A stretch of 64,000 nt of DNA from Pseudobacteriovorax antillogorgiicola (GTDB lineage Bacteria > Bdellovibrionota_B > Oligoflexia > Oligoflexales > RGVZ01): NCBI GenBank assembly GCA_945865565.1, contig CAMBEK010000005.1, positions 54,056 to 118,055 on the forward strand, read 5' to 3'. Each line of letters opens with the position of its first letter. Position 1 is the first letter of the stretch. Shown in pieces: positions 1 through 9,149 of this stretch. The position numbers and the translations under genes are program-made. The notes beneath the pieces were generated by a model. It did no database searches and was not told where the DNA came from. It saw nothing but the letters and a program-made list of their open reading frames with translations.

Positions 1-570
1 CTTCAAACCAAGCCGATCACATGCAGAGACAAAATCCTGCAGGTAAGGACGTCCCGGATCGGTGATCGTCGCCCGGGTTGCCCCGGCGGTAAAGGCTTCG
101 GCTAAAAATCCAGCGACCGCCTCGGCCTGACCCCGGTCGTAAAGAACATCGCTGGCCAGGATCCATTGGGGGCGCTCTGCCAGAACTTCGGCGGATCGAG
201 TGCGCCAGTCCAAAGAGCGATAGGAAAATGCCGGGTGTCCGGACAAATTATTGGCAGAGAAATTTCTTTCCAGAAATCCCGGGACATCGGGATGCAAGTC
301 TGTCGCAATGACTTTCCCTGCGCCCAGTTTCAATAAAGTCATGGACGGGATCGCGAGGCCGCAGCCGATCTCCAAAAATGACTTGTCCGAGATGGCTGCC
401 TGGGGCTCGGCCAACAGCTGGGCCGAAAGAGCCCGGGCAGAATCCCAAACGGTCCCGAAATAGGGGCAAAGGTCCGTCAGCAAATCCTGCTCGCCCCGGG
501 ACTGCAACTCTGCAAACATGTCGTCGATGGCCCGGTTGAAATCAGCAATGACCTCAATCTGGAATTCCAT
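1..570 (-). CDS. Class I SAM-dependent methyltransferase (lysine-methyltransferase/Methyltransf_16-like); 3' end runs off the window
   Basis: This is not in the ORF track because it has no stop inside the window. My own reverse translation from the ATG at 570-568 gives an uninterrupted 190-codon frame: MEFQIEVIADFNRAIDDMFAEL...SFLEIGCGLAIPSMTLLKLGAGKVIATD...WILASDVLYD. It carries the Gly-rich SAM motif I (EIGCG) and a DVLYD motif. Confidence 0.7.
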   Translation of the reverse strand, partial: MEFQIEVIADFNRAIDDMFAELQSRGEQDLLTDLCPYFGTVWDSARALSAQLLAEPQAAISDKSFLEIGCGLAIPSMTLLKLGAGKVIATDLHPDVPGFLERNFSANNLSGHPAFSYRSLDWRTRSAEVLAERPQWILASDVLYDRGQAEAVAGFLAEAFTAGATRATITDPGRPYLQDFVSACDRLGLK

Positions 571-582
571 GGCTCCTGAGCC

Positions 583-1503
583 GTGGCCAATTACAACGTT
601 TTCGATTTTGGTGTCATAACGCATATGGACTCCACCCAGACTCAAATATCAGCCAGCAGCTGGTCTCGTCCACTGATCCGCATCGCAAAAGACATGACCA
701 TTGATTCAGGACTTGTCTGCGCCCTGCTTGCAGCCGGAATTTTGGCCGGGAAAATTCCGGCCGGGCGGCGCCTATCCAATCTGATGCGGCGCCTCGGCAA
801 AATCGCTGGTTGGGCAGGACTGGGCCTGTTGATTGGTTTCAGTTCTCCCCTGACCTCAAACTTGCTGCGGGCACCGCTCCTGACTATGGGAGAACAGCTG
901 CGAGACGCCGGGGGCGGATGCCCCATGCACCCCGGGCCAGTTGTGGTCTTGGGGGGAGGGGCAACGCCAGAAGGGCTGCCCGGCATTGAGAGCCTGGAGC
1001 GTATCCATGCGGCAAGCCTCTGGATTGCACAAAATCACCCCGCTTCTGCCGAAAATCCATTGACGGTCCTTCTGAGTGGCGGCCCGGCGAGCCTGGATCG
1101 GCCCGACGCCCCCAGCGAGGCTGCCGTGATGACCCGGTTTTTAAAGTTGCTCAACGGTGTGGACGGGAAAAACATCGAGTACCTGACGGAAAACCGTAGC
1201 CTGAACACCCACGACAACGCCGTTTTCAGCCGCGAGATGCTGACAGCGCGCCTGCCCGCAGGGGACAGAAATTTGCCAATAAAAATAGTTCTCGTGACCT
1301 CTCAGGTACACATGGCCCGTTCAGCGGCCACTTTTGCGAAATCCAACTTTGAAATCTGCGCCGTGATTGCCCCCGAGCCGGCACCGGTTTTTGGTCTGGT
1401 CACCGAAGCCGGATGGCTGAATTTCCCAACCGCACGGAAAACCAGCGCGACCCTCAACGAATGGTTCGGAATGCTCGGTTACCGGGTGCGCGGCTGGATC
1501 TGA
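583..1503 (+). CDS. DUF218 (YdcF/ElyC/SanA-type) membrane-anchored protein
   Basis: 306-aa ORF with two N-terminal hydrophobic helices. The DUF218-like core contains VVVLGGGATPEG, LLSGGPAS, ENRSLNTHDNAVFS and IVLVTSQVHMARS. The start is uncertain: GTG at 583, or in-frame ATG at 625 or 697. Confidence 0.65.
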   Translation: MANYNVFDFGVITHMDSTQTQISASSWSRPLIRIAKDMTIDSGLVCALLAAGILAGKIPAGRRLSNLMRRLGKIAGWAGLGLLIGFSSPLTSNLLRAPLLTMGEQLRDAGGGCPMHPGPVVVLGGGATPEGLPGIESLERIHAASLWIAQNHPASAENPLTVLLSGGPASLDRPDAPSEAAVMTRFLKLLNGVDGKNIEYLTENRSLNTHDNAVFSREMLTARLPAGDRNLPIKIVLVTSQVHMARSAATFAKSNFEICAVIAPEPAPVFGLVTEAGWLNFPTARKTSATLNEWFGMLGYRVRGWI

Positions 1504-1606
1504 TCGACACTCTGAAACCCGCTTGTCACAAGCCCCAGAAACGACTAATCCTTTCAAAAATAAATCTACGTCAAGAATTTGTCTTAATTCCTGGAGCCAG
1601 GACCTC

Positions 1607-3523
1607 ATGAGAATCCAGCAATTGACCCCGGAACAAGTCCATTCCATGACCCTTCGCGAAAAGGACGAATGGTGGCTCAAAAACGTATACCAGGGCGACA
1701 TGCCGCAATTGACCCTGCGCTCGGCCTTGACGGGCATGATTTTGGGGTCGGTCCTTAGCCTCACAAATCTTTACGTCGGAATCAAAACTGGTTGGACTTT
1801 GGGGATCGGCATCACGTCTGTGATCCTTGCCTTCTCGTTTTTCAAATTGATGTCGAGTTTAAACATGGGCAAAGAACTGACCATCCTTGAAAACAATGCG
1901 ATGCAATCCATCGCGACCTCTGCCGGCTACATGACCGGCCCGCTGGTATCGTCCATCAGCGCCTACATGATGATCACGAACAAGATGATCCCGATGTGGG
2001 ACACGATGCTGTGGATCACGTTGCTGTCTTTACTCGGCGTGCTGTTCGCGTTTCCATTGAAAAAACGCTTTATCAACGATGAGCAACTGCCATTCCCCGA
2101 AGGGCGGGCTGCAGGCGTTGTCATGGCCAATTTGCATACGGGTGACGGGCAGGACGGCATCTTTAAAGCCAAAATCCTGGGGATCGGTGCGCTTCTTTCC
2201 GCAGGAATGGAAACCTTGCGAAACCACACCATCATGAAGTGGCTACACGCAGAATTCCTTGCGATTCCCGAGCATTGGGATGATCTGATTTATAACATGA
2301 GCAGCCAAATCCAGCTCAAGATCATGGGAACACCCATCAAAGACCTGACGATTCGTTGGGAGACCTCGATCGTCATGCTGGCAACCGGCGGACTTATGGG
2401 GATTAAAACCGGCGCCTCGATATTGATTGGCGGATTCCTCAACTACTTCATTCTGGTGCCGTATCTGTTGGACCAGGACATCATCATGTCACCAAAATTC
2501 AAGGACATCACGATGTGGGCCTTGTGGCCGGGCGTCGCCATGATGACAACGTCTTCGCTGTTTGCCTTTTTCTCGAAACCAAAAATGCTGCTGAGCGCCT
2601 TTGCAGTGCTCCTCCCAAACAAGAACGGAAAGAAAAAAGACGAAGATATTTTAAAGGACATTGAGCTGCCAATGTGGGTTTTCGCCGCGGGCATTCCCAT
2701 CCTTGGCCTGCTGACCGTCATCGTCGGACATGACTTGTTTGGCATCGAATACTGGCTTGGGGTAATTGCCATACCGATGGTTTTCATCTTCACGCTGATT
2801 GCCGTCAATTCGACTGGATTGACCAGCATCACGCCGACGGGTGCCCTTGGGAAACTAACCCAGCTCAGTTTCAGCGTCTTGGCGCCGGGTAACATGCAAA
2901 CCAACATCATGACCGCCGGCATCACGGGTGAGGTCGCAGGAAATGCCAGCAATCTTCTGATGGACATCAAGCCAGGCTACATGCTGGGCGGAAAGCCACG
3001 CCATCAAGCAATTGGACACGTTCTTGGAATTTTTGCCGGAGCCCTGGCGTCAGTTCCGGTTTTTTACATGATTTTGCAGAATGACCTCTCGAAGATCACA
3101 TCAGAAGCCATGCCAATGCCTGGCGCACAAATATGGAAGGCCGTGGCGGAAGTCCTGACCAGGGGACTGTCGTCACTGCATCCAACGGCACAAGTTGCAG
3201 CTCTGATTGGCGGCGCACTTGGTATTCTGATCGAATTCATGAATATCAGGATGAAGGGCAAGTTCCCGATTTCCGCCATGGGCTTGGGCCTGGCCTGCGT
3301 GCTTCGATTCAGCGACTGTTGGGCGATGGCCTTCGGTGCATTCTTGTTCTGGGCACTTCACAAAAAATTTGAAGTCGTAGAGGTCAACGGTGTGGGCGGC
3401 GGCTTTGCAAAGACGATGCGCAAGATATTCGTCGACAATCAAGAAACCGTTTGCGCAGGGATCATTGCCGGCGGCTCTATTATCGGAATCATCCTGACCA
3501 TCATCGAAAATGTCTTTCTGTAA
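1607..3523 (+). CDS. OPT-family oligopeptide transporter
   Basis: The track ORF is 1523..3523, and I prefer the ATG at 1607 (MRIQQLTPEQV). The N-terminus LREKDEWWLKNVYQGD...LTLRSALTGMILGSVLSLTNLYVGIKTGWT is typical of bacterial OPT transporters. The protein is polytopic throughout. Confidence 0.85.
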   Translation: MRIQQLTPEQVHSMTLREKDEWWLKNVYQGDMPQLTLRSALTGMILGSVLSLTNLYVGIKTGWTLGIGITSVILAFSFFKLMSSLNMGKELTILENNAMQSIATSAGYMTGPLVSSISAYMMITNKMIPMWDTMLWITLLSLLGVLFAFPLKKRFINDEQLPFPEGRAAGVVMANLHTGDGQDGIFKAKILGIGALLSAGMETLRNHTIMKWLHAEFLAIPEHWDDLIYNMSSQIQLKIMGTPIKDLTIRWETSIVMLATGGLMGIKTGASILIGGFLNYFILVPYLLDQDIIMSPKFKDITMWALWPGVAMMTTSSLFAFFSKPKMLLSAFAVLLPNKNGKKKDEDILKDIELPMWVFAAGIPILGLLTVIVGHDLFGIEYWLGVIAIPMVFIFTLIAVNSTGLTSITPTGALGKLTQLSFSVLAPGNMQTNIMTAGITGEVAGNASNLLMDIKPGYMLGGKPRHQAIGHVLGIFAGALASVPVFYMILQNDLSKITSEAMPMPGAQIWKAVAEVLTRGLSSLHPTAQVAALIGGALGILIEFMNIRMKGKFPISAMGLGLACVLRFSDCWAMAFGAFLFWALHKKFEVVEVNGVGGGFAKTMRKIFVDNQETVCAGIIAGGSIIGIILTIIENVFL

Positions 3524-3526
3524 CGG

Positions 3527-5488
3527 ATGCACATGGGCCGCCACAGCATCAACTACGTTCTGAGCAGCGGGCGATATTTGGTCCGGACGTTTGCCTATTG
3601 GATTGCTGTCTTTGCGGCCTTTCGCCTTATTTTTCTTCTGGTTAATTTCAGCGCCTTTTCTAACTTGAAATTGCCTGCGCAAGGAATGTTTGAAGCCTTG
3701 CCGTTGGATTTTTCGATGGCAGCCTGGTTTTGCCTGCTGTCATGGATGCTTCTTTTGGCAGGCACACTGCTTCCACTCAGCATGCTCGCTTTGCACCGGA
3801 TCCTGATCACTGGTCTGACCTTGCTCTATGGTTTGATTGCAGTGGGCGAGGCCGCTGCCTATTCCGAGTGGAAATCGAAATTAAATTTCAAAGTGCTGTC
3901 GGTTCTGACGCACCCTTCCGAACTCCTCGCGATTGCGCCTTTATCAGACGTGATTTTGATGTCGTTGCTGTGGCTTCTTCCAGTTGCTGCAGCCACAGCC
4001 TTCTTCTACCCACGCATGGTCGAACCCGCCTTCACCAACCCTTGGATAAAAGGTAGACGACAACTCGGCCAACAAGTCGCCGCATTTGCGCTGACACTGA
4101 CCCTGTTTGTACCGCTTGCCGGACTTGCAAGGGGCAGCGTTGGCAGCATTCCAATCAGCATGAGCCGTGTCTATTTCACCAGCCATCAGGCGGCAAACGA
4201 TCTGGCCGTAAATGCCGGCTGGAATATGTTCTTTCAGATCGTGAATTTCTCGAGCGTCTTTGCCAAAGGCAATCCATTTGAATTCATGCCACTTGCTGAC
4301 GCCCAGCAGATCGTCCGACAGATGTACGGAAATGTCGCATTACGGGATCGCGAGCCGCCGCAGAAAATCATCGACCATCCGAAGCCAAACATCGTCCTCC
4401 TGATCCTTGAAAGCTGGTCGGGCGACATGATTTCCAGCATCCAGAAAAGTTCAGAGGAGTTTACCCCTGAATTCCATGAGCTGGAAAAATCGGGAGTGTT
4501 GTTTACCGCGTTTCAGGCCAACGGAAACAGGTCTCAACAGGGAATCACTTCCATACTGACCGGGTTTCCTGCGCTTGGGCTTATCGCTGCTGCGGATGAC
4601 CTTGGATTTATCTCACGCCTTCCCGGGCTGGGACATCGTCTGACCAAGTCTGGATATTCTTCGGCCTTTGTTTACGGCGGGCAATTGGAATACGGGAATA
4701 TCAAGGCTGTCGTCGGCAGCGGTGGTTTTCAGCGGATTCATTCTGGTGAGTCAAACTTCCCGGGCCACCTGCGCCGCGGAGCCATGGGGGTCCATGATGG
4801 CGAGATCATCGACGACGTGATCTCAGAAGGAGACCGGCTTCAAGAACCATTTTTTCTGACGCAATTTACTTTGAGTTCACATTCCCCGTACGACTTCCCG
4901 GGGGCGGAAAAAATCACGAAGACACACCGTAGGGAAGAGCCATATTCGAATTCAATCCGGTATACGGACGATGCCCTCGGGAAATTTTTTGCACGCGCGC
5001 GAACCCGTCCCTGGTTTAAAAATACTTTGTTTGTCTTGGTCTCTGACCACGGTCACAACACCTGGCGAGACCTTCCGATCTGGCATCCTGAATACCGCAG
5101 GATTCCACTGCTGCTTACAGGCCCTGTGATTAAAAATGAATTTCGTGGATCACGCCGCAGTACGATCGGATCTCAAATCGATATTCCAGCAACGCTACTT
5201 GGGCAACTCGATGAGCCCAGAGATGACTTTGAATGGTCCAATGACCTGTTTAGCAAAAACCAAAACCGGTTTGCCCACTATGAATTGAACTATGGTTTTG
5301 GCTTTATCACGACTGACGGAGCCGTCGTGTACGACAAGGCGGCTGACAAAACCATTTTCGCAACCCTTCCGGACAAGAAAGTTGCTGATGCCATTTTGAC
5401 GGGCAAGGCCTACACCCAGTGCAGCATGCAGACCTTTATTGACGGCACCTGGTGCGGCGTTAAAAATACACTTGGGGCCAACAATTGA
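3527..5488 (+). CDS. LTA-synthase/sulfatase-family membrane phosphotransferase (alkaline-phosphatase superfamily)
   Basis: 653 aa. The N-terminus has about 5 transmembrane helices. The C-terminal domain carries PNIVLLILESWSGDM, SQQGITSILTG, SSHSPY and LVSDHGH, the metal and nucleophile motifs of the LtaS/OpgB/sulfatase fold. Confidence 0.7.
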   Translation: MHMGRHSINYVLSSGRYLVRTFAYWIAVFAAFRLIFLLVNFSAFSNLKLPAQGMFEALPLDFSMAAWFCLLSWMLLLAGTLLPLSMLALHRILITGLTLLYGLIAVGEAAAYSEWKSKLNFKVLSVLTHPSELLAIAPLSDVILMSLLWLLPVAAATAFFYPRMVEPAFTNPWIKGRRQLGQQVAAFALTLTLFVPLAGLARGSVGSIPISMSRVYFTSHQAANDLAVNAGWNMFFQIVNFSSVFAKGNPFEFMPLADAQQIVRQMYGNVALRDREPPQKIIDHPKPNIVLLILESWSGDMISSIQKSSEEFTPEFHELEKSGVLFTAFQANGNRSQQGITSILTGFPALGLIAAADDLGFISRLPGLGHRLTKSGYSSAFVYGGQLEYGNIKAVVGSGGFQRIHSGESNFPGHLRRGAMGVHDGEIIDDVISEGDRLQEPFFLTQFTLSSHSPYDFPGAEKITKTHRREEPYSNSIRYTDDALGKFFARARTRPWFKNTLFVLVSDHGHNTWRDLPIWHPEYRRIPLLLTGPVIKNEFRGSRRSTIGSQIDIPATLLGQLDEPRDDFEWSNDLFSKNQNRFAHYELNYGFGFITTDGAVVYDKAADKTIFATLPDKKVADAILTGKAYTQCSMQTFIDGTWCGVKNTLGANN

Positions 5489-5496
5489 TCGTTCCT

Positions 5497-5706
5497 CGTC
5501 ATCCTGGGCTACCCCGTCATTCTGAGGCCGCACCCCGTCATTCTGAGGCCGAAGGCCGAAGAATCCTTTCCTCAACGCGGAAGAAAGGATCCTTCGCTCC
5601 GCTCAGGATGACGAAATAAGAAAAGATCCTTCGCTCCACTCAGGATGACGAAATAAGAAAGGATCCTTCGCTCCACTCAGGATGACGGAGCGGCTCAGGA
5701 TGACGA
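5497..5706. repeat. Composite palindromic array of ~35-bp dispersed repeat units (family shared with 48741-49071)
   Basis: Forward units CGTCATCCTGGG and CCGTCATTCTGAGGCCG (x2) ...GAAGGCCGAAGAATCCTTTCC are followed by 3-4 inverted units GAAGAAAGGATCCTTCGCTCCGCTCAGGATGACG. The array lies between the convergent stops at 5488 and 5729. Confidence 0.85.
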
Positions 5707-5728
5707 GAAAGAGAGAAACAAGGAGGCT

Positions 5729-7537
5729 TTAGCCTTCCTTGTTTCCAAAGAGGGCTTTGAACATTTTCTTGACCAAACCAACCACCGACGCCTCTTGTTG
5801 CGGCTTGGCGACAACAGCTGGACGAGCGTTCAGGTTGCGGTCCTGACGCTGCGGCTGCCGATCGGGTCCCCGACCTTGACGGTCGTGAATCGGGCGCTGA
5901 CGATCTGGTCCACGACTATGACCTTCATGACGCGGGCCTTGGCCACTGCCTGGCCGGCGAGGTCCACGGTCGGACTGGGTTTGACGTGGGTGCTGATTTT
6001 GTTGGCCACTGCGATCCTGATGCCGTGGGCCATCTGAACGAGGACCATCGCGCCTTGGACCATCCGGACGAGGGCCATCGCGCCGAGGACCATCGAAACG
6101 GGATCCGCCGGGACGCGGCCCGCGGTCTCCTGGGCGCGGCGAACTGGAGCGCCCACCCGAGAAACGGGACGCCTTTGCTTCCTTCCACGCCTTGATGCGT
6201 TCTTCGAAAGGATTGCCCGAAGCATCCACGATGCTATCAAAAGCCAGGTCATACCACTTGGCCTTGACTGGGAACTGCTCGCCCAAGAGTTCTTTGATCC
6301 CGGCCAGGTTCTCGCCGTAGTCATCACAAACCAACGAAAACGAACTTCCCTTGGCACCCGCGCGAGCGGTCCGACCAATCCGGTGCACGTAGTTGGCGGG
6401 TTCTTGAGGCAAATCGAAGTTGTAAACGTGCGTGATGCGCGAAATATGCAATCCGCGACTCGCGACATCCGTCGCGATGAGTGCCTTGACCTTGCCGTCC
6501 TTGATCTTGTGGATCAACTGGATGCGCTTGCTCTGGGGCAAGTCGCCTGTGATCAAGTCCACATCGATACCGTTGCGGGAAAGTTTGAAATGCAACCATT
6601 CCGCGGTCAGTTTCGTGTTGGTAAAAATGATGCAACATTCAGGATTATGCTCACGAAGCATGCCGAGCATGACCCTCAACTTGTTCGGGGCATCAACAAT
6701 GACTGCATGCTGCTCAATATTTTCAGGCGTCAGTGTTTCCGGATTGACCGAAATGTAGGCCGGCTTGTCGAGGTACTCAAAAGCGAGTTCCTTGACTTCA
6801 GCATTGGTCGTCGCGGAAAACAACAATTTCTGTACGTCTTCCGGGAGTTTGCTTAGGAAAAACTCGACGTCATCAATGAAACCCATGTCGAACATGCGAT
6901 CGGCTTCGTCGCAAACGAAAATCTTGCACTGGTCGAGGCGGATCAGCTTCTTCTCGAAGTAGTCTTTGAGACGGCCCGGGGTTGCGATGATGACATCAAC
7001 GCCTTCCCGAAGGCGTTTGGCCTGCTTGTCGTAATCAATTCCACCAAAAACAGCGATCGAACTAATGCCCAGGCGACCGAATACGGTCTGCGCGTCCTGC
7101 TCAATCTGCATGGCCAGTTCACGCGTCGGCGCCAGAACCAAGGCCAAAGGACGCGCGGCACTGCCGGAATCGTCCGCCACCGCTGCCGTCGATGCCCGAT
7201 GCTCGAGAATCCTCTGGGCAGCTGTGATTAAGAAGACACCGGTCTTGCCGGTGCCAGTTTGGGCAAATCCGGCAACGTCCCGACCCACAAGGGTCAAAGG
7301 CAAGCACATGCCCTGGACGGGGGTTGGCTGATTCCAGCCTAAATCAGCAATCGCCTGACGAAGTGCCTCCGAAAGTGGGGCATCCGCGAAGGACGTCAAA
7401 TTTTCTGACGCACCTTCGTCGGCAGCGACCAGTCTAGATTCGTCTTCGAAATCGTCTCCAGGCCGGACAATCTCCGGTTTTTCTTCAGGAATATGGTCTT
7501 CGCGGGGTTTCAGGTCTTCTTGCAGATTTTCCGTCAT
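5729..7537 (-). CDS. DEAD-box ATP-dependent RNA helicase with a long Arg/Gly/Pro/Gln-rich C-terminal tail
   Basis: The helicase core shows the Q-motif region PTPVQ, motif I AQTGTGKT, motif II VCDEADRM, SAT, and HRIGRTARAG. The C-terminal ~170 aa are low complexity and include FDGPRRDGPRPDGPRRDGPRSDGPR. Confidence 0.9.
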   Translation of the reverse strand: MTENLQEDLKPREDHIPEEKPEIVRPGDDFEDESRLVAADEGASENLTSFADAPLSEALRQAIADLGWNQPTPVQGMCLPLTLVGRDVAGFAQTGTGKTGVFLITAAQRILEHRASTAAVADDSGSAARPLALVLAPTRELAMQIEQDAQTVFGRLGISSIAVFGGIDYDKQAKRLREGVDVIIATPGRLKDYFEKKLIRLDQCKIFVCDEADRMFDMGFIDDVEFFLSKLPEDVQKLLFSATTNAEVKELAFEYLDKPAYISVNPETLTPENIEQHAVIVDAPNKLRVMLGMLREHNPECCIIFTNTKLTAEWLHFKLSRNGIDVDLITGDLPQSKRIQLIHKIKDGKVKALIATDVASRGLHISRITHVYNFDLPQEPANYVHRIGRTARAGAKGSSFSLVCDDYGENLAGIKELLGEQFPVKAKWYDLAFDSIVDASGNPFEERIKAWKEAKASRFSGGRSSSPRPGDRGPRPGGSRFDGPRRDGPRPDGPRRDGPRSDGPRHQDRSGQQNQHPRQTQSDRGPRRPGSGQGPRHEGHSRGPDRQRPIHDRQGRGPDRQPQRQDRNLNARPAVVAKPQQEASVVGLVKKMFKALFGNKEG

Positions 7538-7697
7538 TTTTATTTACTTTTCTCTTTGCTTTCAGTTACTTACGTCGATTTCGACGAAGCATTTGATGGG
7601 GTCTTGATTGCCCCGGCCTTCAGCTTATTCAGCAGCCTGCCGATTTTACCTGTCGTAGCGCTGTATTTTTTGAACACAAGCCTGAGGCACATTTGTC

Positions 7698-8045
7698 ATG
7701 GCCGACGAAGCCAAAACCCCGTCAGCAGAAACTTCAGCAACTCTGGCTGCTGATCCCACTCAAACCCAGCCGGCGCCAGATAGTCCGAATGCCCCACACC
7801 ATACAGAAGGAACCCCTGCGGCGCAAGGCACGGAGGCAGTTTCAAAGGCCCAGAGAGATTTTTTAGCGCTGCTTAATGCCCGCATGACCACAGTCGAAGG
7901 CCTTGCCCTGCTTGCCCTGGATTTCCCAGCCTCCAAAGCCGCAGCCACTCAGTCCTACAGCCGCAAGTGGCAACAGGACGCCCGGCGCTGCTTTACCGTG
8001 GTCGCCCGCCTCAAACGCCGCATGCCTCCATTGCCGACAACCTGA
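7698..8045 (+). CDS. Hypothetical protein (115 aa, Pro/Thr/Ala-rich N-terminus)
   Basis: This is the only sizeable ORF in the 600-bp gap between the helicase and the ybgF-like gene, with a weak GAGG upstream. I recognise no motif, and an antisense ORF of 62 aa overlaps it. Confidence 0.35.
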   Translation: MADEAKTPSAETSATLAADPTQTQPAPDSPNAPHHTEGTPAAQGTEAVSKAQRDFLALLNARMTTVEGLALLALDFPASKAAATQSYSRKWQQDARRCFTVVARLKRRMPPLPTT

Positions 8046-8136
8046 TCCTTGTGGTTAAAATAGGTAAGCGCCGAATCCGACTGGATTTAGCTTTGCCGTT
8101 TTCCCACGCCCTGAACGCTTCCAAGGGAGTTCGTCG

Positions 8137-9141
8137 ATGACGCCTGGATCTACCATCACCAATTCATGCCTTCGCTTTGCATCGCGGACTTTCATTCCGC
8201 TGCTGTTGATCTCGGGATGCTTTACACCCGCTAAAGAACGTCAGTTGCGTGACGAAATTTTCGGACTGCAAACCCGCGTCATGCAACTTGAAGGCGCGCT
8301 CATGGATGAAAATACTCCCGCTGGCGAGGCCGCCAAGCGACGCCTCGCATCAACCGCGGCCGATATCGAAAAAATATCCAATGAAATGAGCCGCATCAAA
8401 GGTGAACTTGATGCATTAAAACTGGGTGTTTCGACTGGGTTCATGCCAGGCGTCGAAGGTGACCAGAGTAACTCGCTTGGGGGTAAGATCCGCTCCTTGA
8501 GCGAAAGGATGGCCAATCTGGAAGCCACGCAAGGTGACGTGGTGGCTTCATTGGAAAAGCAGGGGGTTAACCTCAAATCCCCTGAAAGAATGGGCGATAA
8601 ATCTGCTGATAAATCGAAGACTTCCCGCGCAGGTGAGCGGACCTCCGACCTTTCCGGGGAGCGCTCCCAAGACAAACAATCGGACAAGTTTTCTGAAAAG
8701 GGCGACAACGAAAAGCCCGCCAGTGCGGAGGAGCCGCACAGGTCGGATAAATCCCTGGGCACTCTGAAGCAGTTTCGGGATGCTTACGGGAAACGTCAGT
8801 TCAAGCGGGTCATTGAAGATGCTCCAGCCGCAATCAAACTGCTCACGAAGGCAAAAGATCGCGAAGAAGTCGCTTTTCTCCATGCAGAGGCCCTTTATAA
8901 ACTTGGCCAAATGCGCGAGGCCGCCCTGCAATTTAACGAGTTCATCGACAGCAAACCCGCGGCAAAATACCTGCCCCAAGCCCGCCTGCGCATGGGCGAT
9001 GCCTTCCGCAATCTGGGCGACCCGGCAACCGCAAAAATTTATTATCAAGAGTTGATCACCAAGCATCCGAAGAGCCCGGAGGCAATCAAGGCTAAAGACC
9101 GGTTGAAAGAGCTTGGCAAATCGGCCCGGGCAGGCCATTAA
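8137..9141 (+). CDS. YbgF/CpoB-like Tol-Pal-associated TPR lipoprotein
   Basis: Lipobox LLISGC, then an N-terminal coiled coil (LQTRVMQLEGAL...). The C-terminal TPR block EALYKLGQMREAALQFNEFIDSKPAAKYLPQARLRMGDAFRNLGDPATAKIYYQELITKHPKSPEA matches the YbgF pattern. An acidic, Ser-rich linker joins the two parts. Confidence 0.6.
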   Translation: MTPGSTITNSCLRFASRTFIPLLLISGCFTPAKERQLRDEIFGLQTRVMQLEGALMDENTPAGEAAKRRLASTAADIEKISNEMSRIKGELDALKLGVSTGFMPGVEGDQSNSLGGKIRSLSERMANLEATQGDVVASLEKQGVNLKSPERMGDKSADKSKTSRAGERTSDLSGERSQDKQSDKFSEKGDNEKPASAEEPHRSDKSLGTLKQFRDAYGKRQFKRVIEDAPAAIKLLTKAKDREEVAFLHAEALYKLGQMREAALQFNEFIDSKPAAKYLPQARLRMGDAFRNLGDPATAKIYYQELITKHPKSPEAIKAKDRLKELGKSARAGH

Positions 9142-9149
9142 CCGTATCG

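Noticed and set aside
5497-5706. I considered whether the repeat arrays here and at 48741-49071 are CRISPR arrays.
   Set aside because: The units occur in both orientations and form palindromes. There are no regularly sized unique spacers, no leader and no cas genes. They fit a REP/MITE-like interpretation instead.
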